From positions 359,414,001-359,478,000 of the forward strand of contig OZ024743.1 in NCBI GenBank assembly GCA_964016885.1: a DNA stretch of 64,000 nucleotides, read 5' to 3'. A program made the translations under genes and the position numbers. The notes below the pieces were generated by a model. It was given only the letters and a program-made list of their open reading frames with translations. It was not told the DNA's origin and ran no database searches. This stretch comes from Eledone cirrhosa. Lineage: Eukaryota. Of this stretch, positions 14,060-27,578 are shown in pieces. Numbering within the stretch: the stretch's first letter is position 1; every line of letters begins with the position of its first letter.

Positions 14060-14945
14060 CACACGAAGGAACAGATCTAAGGCTGTTACTTGGTTCAATG
14101 CGCCTTACTCCAAACATGTACGGACCAACGTGCCAGGACTTTTTTTCCGAGCATTGATGAGTGGTTTACGCCGATAAATAAGTACCACAAAATCTTCAAC
14201 CGCCATACGGTGAAATTTTCCTTCTCCACGGCACCTAATATGGCTGACCACATGGCTAAAACTAACGCGGTGAAGATGGCGTACACTGGCCGTCAACATG
14301 CGGCGACAGTGTGACCGTATTTCGGAGCGCGGAGAACCACCCAGGGACCTGCCCTCAAATGACAATCCGGCCCCCCAGGCGACCAGAGCGCCAACGGAGG
14401 GCGATGTGGTCCAGCACCGAGAGGGAAATAGTGGCATGGGGGAGACAACAGTGTCGGCGTTACAACACCCTGAGAACCTTGAGAGGGCCATAACAGATCG
14501 ATGCCCGGACATCGGATGCATAAGAACTGACAGCAGAACTTGTAACTGTAGAGCAGGCACCCGGTGCCCCCTACAGGGAAAATGCTTGATGAAGGACTTA
14601 ATATACAAGTGTATGGTGACAACCCAAAACGCGCATCGCACCTACATCGGCGCAACATCCACGACCTTTAAATCGCGGATGTATAATCACACGAATTCCT
14701 TCAGGGACCGTAGCAAAAGGCACTCCACTAGGTTAGCGGACCTAGTCTGAGACCTGAAAGATCAAGGCATTCCGTACGCCCTGGAATGGAGTATCGTTAG
14801 CCACGCGATGGCATATTCGGCCGGAAGTAGAAAGTGCCGATTAGGCCTACACGAGGCAATAGAGTTAGTCAGACTGAAGGATGACGCTGTCAACCTGAAG
14901 TCTGAAATTATTATGACCTGCAGACACCAGAGAAGATGCACATTT
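14060..14945 (+). pseudogene. PLE linker plus C-terminal GIY-YIG endonuclease (frameshift and stop)
   Basis: RNRSKAVTWFNAPYSKHVRTN...KIFNRHTVKFSFS; CNCR..CPLQGKCL..LIYKC..YIGATSTTFKSRMYNH; EWSIV..CRLGLHE..NLKSEIIMTCRH; TGA at 14748-14750. Confidence 0.9.
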
Positions 14946-16419
14946 ACAGCATGGAATCCTCCGGGTGGCACAGGCCGGGGGCATGGGAACGGGTACCCAC
15001 AGACCCGATTGGCCCAACGGGATTAGGGGACCTGACGCCATGCCATGATTGGTGTGCGATCCGTGAGGCAAACATATGTAAACCAGGGGCGCACCTGACC
15101 GAGCACACACCATTGGAAGATACATCGCATGGGCCGGGACCGGCTAACCAGGGCCGCCCGGTCCGATGCCCCAAACATATAGAACAGCACACCCTATCCA
15201 CAGTGCCATGCCCCATGGTGACCGGGCCGGGCGTCCCCTTGAATATGTACCCCGTCAATCGTGACTATATACTCTCCACCTGTTCCACTTTGGAACAATG
15301 ATTATTACTGTCATTATTGTTCTATTATTGTTCTGTTACTGTTACCTGTTCTATATGCGGACACAAGTTTGCACCTCATACTACCTGTGTCTAGTATATC
15401 ATATGGATACACGCACCTTCTCCTATACCTCCCCCCGTTTTTATTTTTTTTATTCTTTTTATTTTACCCCTTTTTTCATGTACCTATTTATGAAGTTACA
15501 TACAGATTTTAGTGTATCCTAAAATATTGTAAATTTATTTTATTTTATTTTATTATCCTATAGTGTTTATATTCGCGTGTTTTTATGTGTGAACCTGTGC
15601 GTAGGTGTGTGTGTGTGTAGATATATATATATATACGTGGGTGTGTACGGGTGTGTGTATATGGGCTGTATGCGTGTATGCATGAGCTTATGAACGCGTG
15701 TATGTACTGACATGTGCATGCATGTAAATATGTGGCAGAGTGTGTGTATGTATGTATATATATATATGTGTGTATATATGAATATATGTATGTATATCTA
15801 TATATGTGTGCGTATGTACGTATAGCTACGTTTGAGTAGGTGTGTGTGTGTGGGTGCGTAAGTGTGTATATATATGTATATATATATATGTGTGTGGGTG
15901 CGGGTGTATGCATATGTGGGCATCTATATGTGTGTATGTGTATTTGTGCATACATGTATGTGTTTATGTGCATCTCACAGGAATGTGTACGGATGATTAT
16001 ATATGGAGTATATATGCATTTTATTACTATTATTCTTTTTGTATTACTTTATCATATATCCTTTGTATATATCCGTATATGTATGTATGAATGTGTGTAC
16101 ATGTGTGTATATGTATGTATATATATATATAGAGAGATTACGCAATAGTGATTGCCTAAACACGAGAAGTCAATTTTTCACACGTTGTCCACACGTCACC
16201 AAACATCGATTGCATAACTACAAGGCTCCGGACTGATATTTTGTAATTTTATTTTTAAATTTTTAAATTTTATTTTCAACCCAAAAACTTTCCGGACTTT
16301 CGCAGTTATCTCCTTTGCACACCCCGCACGCAGTCTACTATTGCCTGTGTGAAGTGAACGAGTTTCTGCGCATGCTCGTTCGTACGGTTATCCTTCCTGT
16401 TCCTATAACCATATACATC

Positions 16420-16459
16420 CCGAGCTGAAGATCCGCGAAGGTTAAACAATTGTTCTCGG
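16420..16459 (+). ncRNA. Minimal type I hammerhead, family D (GAAA mutated to TAAA)
   Basis: ccgag CTGAAGA t-cc-gcgaa-gg-t TAAA caattg TT ctcgg. Confidence 0.7.
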
Positions 16460-16694
16460 TATGGTGAACTAACTGTTGTGTAACCACTTCTACCTAACTC
16501 GTCCCTTGGACTGAGTGCTCTACCACTACGGATATTACCTTCCAGTGTTCAACCACTATATATATATATCATATTGTATAATATACTGATATTTTATACT
16601 TTATATTTTATATTTTATGTTATGGTACTTTACCGTTATTTTATGGTATATTGAGTTTTTAATTATATAATGTATTTTTAATTTACGGTTTTGT

Positions 16695-17370
16695 TTATAT
16701 ATGTATATGTGGAAGCACATGTGTGTGTAAGCAAATATGCATATATGCAGGTGTCTGCATGTGGCAGCACGTGTGCGTATGCATATGTAGATGTATATAT
16801 GTCTGCAATGTGTGTATGTATATGTATGTATATGTGTGGGAGTGCGTATGCATGTTAGGTTGTTTTTTGTATATATATATATATGTGTGTGTGTATGTAT
16901 GTGTGTATGTAATTTTGCGTACGTATGTGTATTTTGTATGTATGTGTGGGCATGTGTGAGTATATATATGTATATATATATATATGTGTATATGTATGTA
17001 TGTGTATGTATGTGTGTATGTATATATGTGTGTGTATGAGTGTGTATATATATATAAATGTATATAAGGTTGTGCGTATGTATGTGTGCGCGCGTATGTG
17101 TGTATATATGTGTATGTTTGCGTAGGCCATGCTTGTCCGACCGGATATATGGCGCGACTTAAGCAGCTGTTATAAGGCTTGTGGAGATATGTATCTACAA
17201 GTGGGTGTGACTGGTTCCGTGGAACTGAGGGAGAGCGTGTGTGTGTATATATACATATATGTATGTATGTGGAGGTGTGTGTGTCTACGCATGTAGGCGT
17301 ACGTGTGTGTATGCACGAATGTGTCAGTCTCTGCATTTGTGTGTATATGTGTGTGTATATTGGTATGTGT
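16695..17370. repeat. Degenerate (TG)/(TA) microsatellite
   Basis: Direct inspection. Confidence 0.9.
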
Positions 17371-17603
17371 GGGTGCTTACTCTGGAGTGTGAACAGACGT
17401 GTGAGATACTGAATCCAGCATAACTCCATTGAAGTGTGTCGGACGGAAAATGGCTGATGACCCGTGTAGCAGTAAATACTGACCAGAACTTGTCATGACG
17501 TGGAGTAAAAACAGCCAATGGCATGACAAGAGTGGAAGAGGGTTTTTGAGGGTGTTCTTTTATGATAACACCCCAGTGATAAAATTTGCTCCGAACGAAT
17601 ACC

Positions 17604-17694
17604 CGTGTCTGAAAGAACCTGCAGCTGTAGAATCAGCCAGATCCATACAGGGACCATGTCTCGAGCTACATGCCGGCGAAACAATTGTAACACG
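17604..17694 (+). ncRNA. Type I hammerhead with long stem II, family E
   Basis: cgtgt CTGAAAGA ...tgtag...ctaca...ggc GAAA caattg TA acacg, followed by AATAAA; core has one extra A. Confidence 0.65.
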
Positions 17695-17739
17695 CAATAA
17701 ATTAAGCCCAGATGCATCACTGAATTTTCGTTTTCTTTA

Positions 17740-17850
<111 letters not shown>

Positions 17851-19140
17851 ATTATATATATATATATATATATATTATATACCCACACACCACATACATA
17901 TGTAAGTAGAAACTGCGCACAAGCCGTGAATAATTATAGCAATACATTTAAATAGGCATGAATGGTGGTTTAGTCTAGTACCTAATTAATACCCATATTG
18001 ATATTTTTCTTCAAAATAATGAGGCGATTTATATAACCCGAAATAATATAGTTTTCGACTACCTACGCAATAGACCAAAATTTTCTTCTTAAAAAAATTT
18101 TTCATTTGAAGCGGCAAAAATATTGGTTTAATTTGACACAGTAAATATTTTATAAGTACTTAAAGACCTTGGAGGAATAAACAGCTAATTTGATCGATTT
18201 TTGATTCGATTATCTTCAGTAGATGTTATTTTTGTTTATCGAAACACTAGTGTCGATGTTTACTTTCTACCAGTTGAGAACTGTACGCCTAAAATACTGA
18301 TTTTAGAACCGCACTAATACATTATTAATACTTCTTTTTAACTATTCCAGATGGATAAAAGAACTCCAATGACGTTCTTTTAAAATTCAACACCCACATA
18401 AATGAAATTAATCCCCTTCAAATCACATACCCCTTCGCAGACCTTTCAATTTCCTCCGTCGGACGGTAAGATTTGGGGTGGGTGAGAGATGTCTTCTCTT
18501 GTCAAAATGGGTGTAGCTTTCATTAGTAAAATCGCCGCAATTGGCCTCATTTCTCCCTGTTTTGGGGCCCGTTTTTTCATGGTTCACCTCGTTTAGGCTT
18601 TTAGAGGTTGGCAGGCCTGTCTTCGTCCTCAAAAATAAAAAGCTCATTAGAAAATATAATCGTAGATAATATGGAATATTTACGGCTGAAAGTTTTTGAA
18701 CATAGATTAACATTTTGGTTTTAGTATTTTGCAGTAGTTGAGTGTAATGATTCGAATATAGGTTGAGATTTTGAGAAGGGAATGTGAGGGTTAGTGACAT
18801 CAAGGTCGAGGCTTTCTAATTTATTTTAGAGCATATATAAATGAGTCATAGTTCTGTGTAAGTTTACTTATCAGGGCTTGCGTTGTAAAGGTAAATAACT
18901 GTGAAGGCCCAGTCTATGTAGCTGAAATATTACTATGTCATTGAACGGTACGTTTAACCACTCCAACATCAGAATAATATGCAACGAAAGAGTGCTTGGC
19001 TCCTTGTAGCTTCGTCTTTGAGAACATTGTTTTATAAGGTGCTATTCCTACATGGTTTTAGTTTTTAAACATTAATTAATACTGGCCGAGCTGAAATCGG
19101 TACAGAGAGACGAAACCACATTTGAAATCAGAAGTAACTA

Positions 19141-20489
<1,349 letters not shown>

Positions 20490-20494
<5 letters not shown>

Positions 20495-20897
20495 TATAGT
20501 TTTTCTATATCCTTAAAAGGAATTTTCAAAAAATTTTCATAAACCCTTCAGTAAGTTTTTCAAGAAAAGATTTTTCTTAAAGGAGTTTCAAGCAGTCATA
20601 TAAAGGAATTTAATAAACTATTGATAGGTGTAATAATAGAAAATAAATTAAGTATATGAATCATATATGGATATAGAAGACATTATGTAAAAGAGATAAG
20701 TCGTATATTACATTTTATATATAAAAGATGAATTTAAACGAGTTCTTAACAGAGTTCTTATTTTTAGTATCATTAGTTTATTAAATTCCTTTATATTGAA
20801 ACTCCTTTAAGTAAAATTTTTTCTTGAAAAACTTACTGAAGGGTTTATGAAAATCTTTTGAAAATCCCTTTGAAGGATATAGAAAAACTATATTTTT
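20490..20897. repeat. AT-rich foldback with ~135-bp arms
   Basis: aaaaatatagtttttctatatcctt...aataaacta pairs with tagtttatt...aaggatatagaaaaactatattttt. Confidence 0.85.
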
Positions 20898-21055
20898 ATA
20901 TTTTTATATGTTTATGTTCTTATATTTTCAAAGTTTTTAAGATATATATCCAAATGTTTATATATATGTGGAAAAACATGTTTTTTTTTTAGTATATATG
21001 TGGAGTAACCTATGGTTTATGCTTTAAATATATTCTTATGAAGAATTTTTTAAAT

Positions 21056-23979
21056 GGAGTGCATCGTCATGCCTCACCAAGCCGCATCCATGATCTGTCA
21101 GCCGCCATCCTCTCCTCAGCCTTTTATTTTGCCTGCCCGCCGTGCTCCTTCAAGACTGCCATGCCTAACCAAGCCGCATGAGTAACCTATGGTTTATGCT
21201 TTAAATATATTCTTATGAAAAATTTTTTAAATGGAGTGCAACGTCATGCCTCACCAAGCCGCATCCATGATCTGTCAGCCGCCATCCTCTCCTCAGCCTT
21301 TTATTTTGCCTGCCCGCCGTGCTCTTTCAAGACTGCCATGCCTAACCAAGCCGCATCCCTGCCACCGTCAACCCCTGCCCTCTCCCTTGCCCGCACGCCT
21401 TGGTCCCCCACGACTGCCATGGCTCACCATGCGGCATTCCTGCCCTGTCAGCAACTTGCTCAAATGTCATCAGCATGGTCTATTCCTGCGCCGCACATAA
21501 CCGCCCATTATCTCAGACCAAAGACAACACCGAACATGAAGACGATCCTGTGTAAGTCTTTTTACATTCATTTTGACCATATTTAACAAAATTAAACAAA
21601 AATTCATCCCTTTCTCCTCCAAAGCCTACCGATCATGTGTGGCCGATAAACATTCTGCCTTGCACCCGGTTTTCTCAAACAATCATCGTGCCCCCGGTGC
21701 TCTCTACATTCCCGAGGTGCAACTAAATTGGCATGCCGCATCCACGCCCTGTCAGCCGCTATGCACCCTGCCCTTTCGTCATGCCTCATCATGTTGAATC
21801 CCTGCCCTGTTAGCCGCCATCCACTCCCCTACCCTTTCCACTGCCTAGGCATGGCAGTCTTGAGGGACCAAGTCGCATCCTGCCACCGTCAATCCCTGCC
21901 CTCTCCGTTCCCTGCACGCCGTCGTCCCACTGCATCGTCATGCATCACCATGCCGGATCAATGCTCTGTCAGCCGCCATCCTCTTCTCGGCTCTTTCTTT
22001 TGCCTACCCGCAGTGCTCCTTCAAGACTGCCATGGCTCACTTTGCGGCATCCTTGCCACTGTCCACCCCTGCCCTCTTCCTAGCCTGCTGGCCGTCGTCC
22101 CACTGCATCGTCATGCCTCAGAATGCCGCATCCATGCACTGTCAGCCACCATCCCCTCCTCAGCCCTTTCTTTTGTCTGACCGCCGTGCTCCTTCAAGAG
22201 TCCCATGACTATCTATGCCGCATCAATTCCTTGCCACCCGCTTAAACGTCATCAGCATGGCTTATTGTTGACCCATTTGACCACCGATTTTCGCTGGCTA
22301 AACACAATACCAACGTGCACGATAGTCCATGGTAAGTCTTTTTAATTACATGTTCATCATGCTAAGCAAAGGAGGAATAGCAACTCTTTCATTTCTCCTG
22401 ACATGCCTCTCTGTCAATTATGGCCGAGAAGCATCCTGTGTAGCATCGCGTCTTCTCAAGCGATCAGCGTGCCTTCCACTGTCCTCACAATTGACTCACA
22501 ACGCCGCATCTATTCCCTGCGACGCCCCTAAACATCAGCAGCATGGCTTATTTTTCTGCCGCGTTTAATCGGCCCTCATTCTAGGCCATAAACAACAAAA
22601 CCGCACGATGATGCTGCGTAAGTCTATTTAAATTAATGGTCAACATGCTCAGCAAAACAATTGTACCTCTTCCCCTCCATTACATCTTAGAGGTCGCGAT
22701 TCGCAATTTCTACGATTTCAATATTGACACAACAGTCCGTCAGGTTTTTCGGCACATGTTGCTCCGATAGGAATATCAACGTGATTTTCACTTAATTCGT
22801 AAGTGTTCAGTCTTCCGTATGCTTTTATTTTTTATTGATGCAACACCGACTACAATCATCTAACTTCACTTTGTAGGCTAGACTCGAATCACATGGAAAA
22901 CAATCCTCTGATATACAACACCACCAAATTCTTTGGTCTACCTAGATTTTAATGGCTATATCCTTTGCTTTTGTACGGGTGTACATTTGACAATGTCGCA
23001 AAACATTATTCCACTTGATTCTTACCTTTCAGCTATTAATTGGGCAGTGCCTTAAAATCCCGGTTTATTTGCGTGCAATTTTTTGGTACCTTATGAATGG
23101 AGAATCGAAAACCCTTTTTCTCATAACCTGATACATGCGTTACACATGCTCCATGGATGTTTGTGGAATATTTTTTCAAAATACCAATATCACAGATTGG
23201 AGCACAAAAAGAAACGCTTGTCTTCATTTATTTTGGTTAAAGCATCCTGCTGGAATTTAGCGCAGACCCGTTTAAATCCAGCGCCTTATAACCCCGAGTG
23301 TAACCGGGTACACCAGCTAGAAAGACAAATGGAAACATTGTTTCCTCGGTCCGATTTGACGAAAGTCGATTTACTTCCACAACAAATTAACAAACCATAT
23401 TTGAAGACACGTTGAGGCTGTTGCAAAGGGCAATAACCCTAGACACAATTTTGATCAACTTTTTTATAGCAAATTTACAGGGACAAGCTTTTAGCTACTC
23501 AAATCTATTTCAGCGGTCACGCATTCATGTAAAAAAATCAATAAAACTGAAGCGGGGTTCAACTTTGCGCAAAAAACAAGGCAAAGTTGCAGATGGAAAA
23601 ACTTTATATAGGAACATCCGATTTTTATGAAAACTGTCGCAAATGACTCACCATGACTGCACATGTGAGCGCGAAAATTGTAATAAAAAAAAAAGCTGTG
23701 AAAAAATCGACTTTTTCACCCTGTTGAAAAATCAACTGAAAATTCAAATTCAAGTGAATTTGATTTCTGTCAGTCGTGCAAAGAACAATTTTAACGATAC
23801 ATTGTGAACCATTGATCCATTATTTATGCTCAATTAAACACCTGCATCTACTAACCTCTGTTTTTTTCCTTGAGGTTCGAAGGTGTTTGTAACTGTGATG
23901 TGCGGGAAATAACTTTCACACGTTTTAACAACAGAGCAAAGGTCGACTCACACCCGGGCAACGCCGGGTACTTCTGCTA

Positions 23980-23980
<1 letters not shown>
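21056..23980 (+). mobile_element. Non-autonomous Helitron, copy 2 (5'-truncated within the satellite)
   Basis: Perfect hairpin acccgg-gcaacg-ccgggt (23952-23969), CTAG at 23977-23980, then T in (TA)n; inverted homolog of ~6974-9750. Confidence 0.85.
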
Positions 23981-24011
<31 letters not shown>

Positions 24012-24013
<2 letters not shown>

Positions 24014-24566
24014 CGGAAGAAATGTGGTAAGGAACCAGGTGGACCATAACGCACCAAAGTACTCAATACTTAGGGTAGTATAGTGGGTAATAGGAACGAG
24101 TAGGACCATATATGGTGAAAGTGATTGTCACAGGGATTGGTCAAAAGTTTGTAGTTGATACATAATAATTCTATGATGGCAATTTGTGGAGGGAAGGGGT
24201 AGCTAAACCTGCCAGAGGAGAAAGAGGGAGATGGGGTGGAGGAGACCCATTCATGCGTTGATAGTGCCGGCTACACCCCACGCCCAGCTGTAGCCGGCAC
24301 TATCAACGCATGAATGGGTCTCCTCCACCCCCTCTCCCTCTTTCTCCTACTGGCAGGTTTAGCTACCCCTTCCCTCCACAAATTGCCATCATAGAATTAT
24401 TATGTCTCAACTACAAACTTTTGACCAATCCCTGTGACAATCACTTTGACCATATATGGAATTACCCCTTGAGAAGCTCGGCTATTCAAATACCAGGATA
24501 ACAATTTTCATTTAGTCCAGAATTAGCCGTCGAAACGGCTTGAGCTCAGCCGTCGGGGTCCTACTC

Positions 24567-24568
<2 letters not shown>
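24012..24568. mobile_element. Palindromic PLE/retrozyme-like insertion, family F
   Basis: ~170-bp arms 24106-24275 and 24289-24459; degenerate HHR follows the right arm. Confidence 0.75.
24464..24559 (+). ncRNA. Degenerate type I hammerhead, family F
   Basis: acccc TTGAGAA gct-cggcta...tagccg-tc GAAA cggct-tgagctc-agccg TC ggggt; stems intact, 2 core changes. Confidence 0.55.
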
Positions 24569-24611
<43 letters not shown>

Positions 24612-24649
24612 TATATATATATATATGTGTATGTATATATATATATCTT

Positions 24650-25160
24650 CTTACTTTGTTGGAAGGTTGGCAGCAGAATATCCGACTCCTGGAAACATGT
24701 CATCATTATATCTATTTATAAAAAGGAAGCTGATTTATTCGGATAACAATAACCCCCGGGAATATCTCTTTTCGATCTCACAGAAAAAAACCTCGCTCGC
24801 GTTATATTAATTATTAGACCTCCTCTCGAGCATAGCTTCAACCTTCTTCCTCATTCACAAACCAAACTTAGAGCAGCACAAATGACATGATTTCCATATC
24901 TCGACAACTGTGGGGGAAAAAAATACTAGGAACTATAAAAAAGTGATTAGATTTGCCTTTGATCTGCGTAAGACTTTTGATAACGACCATCAAGATTTGC
25001 TTTGGAGTGTTATATCCTTTTAATGTTTTCTTTATATGCTCTATCTCTTTCGTGATTGAGCAACGGCTAAAGTTCTCTGCGAATAGCGTGTCATCATTGC
25101 GCTTTGAGGTATGTGTTAGTACTTAACAAGAATGTACTTTTGTTTCTGTTCCTTTCATCA
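24650..25160 (+). pseudogene. Decayed RTE-like reverse transcriptase fragment
   Basis: ISDSWKHVIIISIYKK, then ISL and LARVIL motifs across frameshifts. Confidence 0.65.
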
Positions 25161-25298
25161 TTAATATTGTCGCTGTAAAATCCTTTCGAGGTACGACATA
25201 AATGTAAACTTTAGTGTATGTATGAAATACCGCTCAAATAGAAGTCATTTTAATCTTTCTTTTTTTTGCTCATTGTGGTAGTCTTCATACATACGTAC

Positions 25299-25384
<86 letters not shown>

Positions 25385-25564
25385 TGCAGGTTTTCATATT
25401 CAGTCAGTGTTTTCTCTTTCTAGCTTTTAGTATAAGGGATAGCAGCCTGTACAAAAGTGTCATGGTGTCGAAACCAACAAATTCTAAAGTTGAATGTTTA
25501 AATCAAATCTCTAAACTAGCATAGAAAATATAGACGTATATGGACATATATACAATGTGTTCTG

Positions 25565-25830
25565 ATCTCATGTCGCTCTCGAGCGCAACAGGTAACGTGA
25601 AATAGTACGACTTGTTACTCTCTCGGGTCATCGGTGACTATGCAGGCAACCTCATGAAGATGGCTTGGTAAGGAGGGTGACTTTTGAACACCTTGCGGGA
25701 TGAAAAACAAAATCCATCAAAGGTTGGAGGTACACAGGAGAGTCAATAGCCATCCAATGCGGGTAAACAGAGCTTGTTAACCTTGGTTGTCTAGGAGAAT
25801 AATAACTAAGTACAAAACCAGGGGTGACTC
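25565..25830 (+). mobile_element. Diverged 5' region of the RTE-derived family
   Basis: tcgctctcgagcgcaacaggtaac...cgggtcatcggtgacta..ggcaacctca resembles the reverse complement of 58555-58642. Confidence 0.55.
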
Positions 25831-25899
25831 AGTAACCCCACCTATCTTAAACTATCCTACTCTCCAAAAGCACTCTATGAAGGAAATCCTCTCCAAACA

Positions 25900-26725
25900 T
25901 GCCGGCCTAGAGGTGCATTGTCAGAATAGGCCCAAAATGTACAAGGCAGTTATGCATGGACACTGGCCGGGTGCGAGCAGAACGGTTTCGTTGCACTGCG
26001 CGCATATTGGAAGGTCCACTTGACTGCACTTCCGCGACTGTGGAATTTATGTCAAACGGGGTAGCACTGTCAAAACAGGAATTTCTGGAGGTTGACCATA
26101 ATCCCCGTCTCGAAAGTTCTCTGGAACAGACTGCTCAGTTCGATTTCGCCGACGCCTAGAGCCTCTCCTAGAACGTCGTCGCACTTGCCCACCACTAGTC
26201 CTCAATAGGACCCTAGAGCAGAATTTCCACGGACCGCATTGCTAAACAAGTAGTGGGTAGTAAGCGCCTTACAAAATTCCAGATGGCAGCCGTCCAGTCG
26301 CGGTCTTCATTTGACCTATGACTGCAGCTCAGTGAAAGAGACGAGCTGCGAGAAGACTTGTCTGACAAACGTCGACCACAGCTCTTCGCCGTTTAAGAAT
26401 ATTTGCTTCAGAGCATGTTGCGCATAACCAACCGCGACATGCCTAGCCCTCCGCAGAGAGGGTGCCTGGCAGCTGATGGAGCGTCTCACCAACCTCCCCC
26501 ATAACAATTCAAAGAGCAAGCATTGCAATTTGGTGAAGTGTGAACGGGGATATGGCGCGATGGTCAGGCGGTAATAGATGACGGACACGATATACGATCT
26601 CGCCACCTTCAACGACCTTCCCTTTTGAACAATTTCTGGGTAAGAATGGTGACCCTTATCAATACTTCGTCCCAGTTCTTATTGACTTGGATGTCTAGCC
26701 CACACCATACCCCGAGGAACTCCAT
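25900..26725 (-). pseudogene. Decayed L1/Tx1-clade LINE ORF2 C-terminal region
   Basis: FLGVWCGLDIQVNKNWDEV...SYIVSVIYYRLTIAPYP..KLQCLLFELLWG..VRRSISCQAP. Confidence 0.7.
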
Positions 26726-27328
26726 ACCTCGATGAGATGACGAGAGAGAGGGAATAGGAGAGCTTCGTTAGGAGAACCCTGGGTGTTTTTCTCATCGTCT
26801 CCTTTTTAATCCTGCTTTTGGTGTTTTTAGTGGTGGATCTGTGGCTTTTTATTTTCTGTGTTATTGATGTTGTTGATGCTGTTGGTACTTTTGCTGCTCA
26901 GTTTGGTATCGCTGTTGTTGTTAATATGGTAGTTTTGAGTGTCCAGGAGTTGGCAGCAAGGTGAAGCTGTAGTTTCCTGTTTTCTGTAGAGGGCGAAATC
27001 TCATGTGTGCAATCTCCCTGCATCGGTGACTCCTACTCTTTCTGCCCTTAGTGGCTGCGTGTAACTCCGCGTCGCCCGGTTGGCGAATGAAGCCTAGGAT
27101 CTTGTATGTGGAGAAGTATTTCAAGAGTGATCCCTGACCAGCTCTCTGGTCGGGTCTTTTTGACCTCCAGGATAGTTTCACTTCCCTTCAGAACAACGCC
27201 GGCTAGTATCCACTAGTTGTCTAATTCTCTCGAGATCTCCGCAATACGGATCTTTATAGTTCTTCGTTTCATGTAAGACAGGATCATTACAATTTAGTTG
27301 GTGGACCACAGATTACGTCTGTACAAGG

Positions 27329-27473
27329 GATGATGTTGATGAGGATGATGATTATGATAATTATGATAATGATAATGATGATGATAATGATGATGATAAT
27401 GACGATGATGATGATGATGATGATGACGACGATTATCATCCTCATCATCATCATTTTCATCATCATCACCATT

Positions 27474-27518
<45 letters not shown>

Positions 27519-27578
27519 TTCTTCTTCTTCTTCTTCTTCTTCTTCTTCTTCTTCTTCTTCTTCTTCTTCTTCTTCTTC
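27329..27578. repeat. Compound triplet microsatellite (GAT)n-(CAT)n-(CTT)n
   Basis: Direct inspection. Confidence 0.95.

Larger units (their letters stand above)
13846..16690 (+). mobile_element. 5'-truncated Penelope-like element
   Basis: GIY-YIG remnant, microsatellite-rich 3' region, and HHR at 16420; boundaries approximate. Confidence 0.75.

Noticed and set aside
13890-14945. Stand-alone RT-less GIY-YIG gene starting at ATG 13890
   Set aside because: The ATG lies in a repeat end also seen at ~4939 and ~11958; frameshift and stop present; 5' truncation is the simpler explanation
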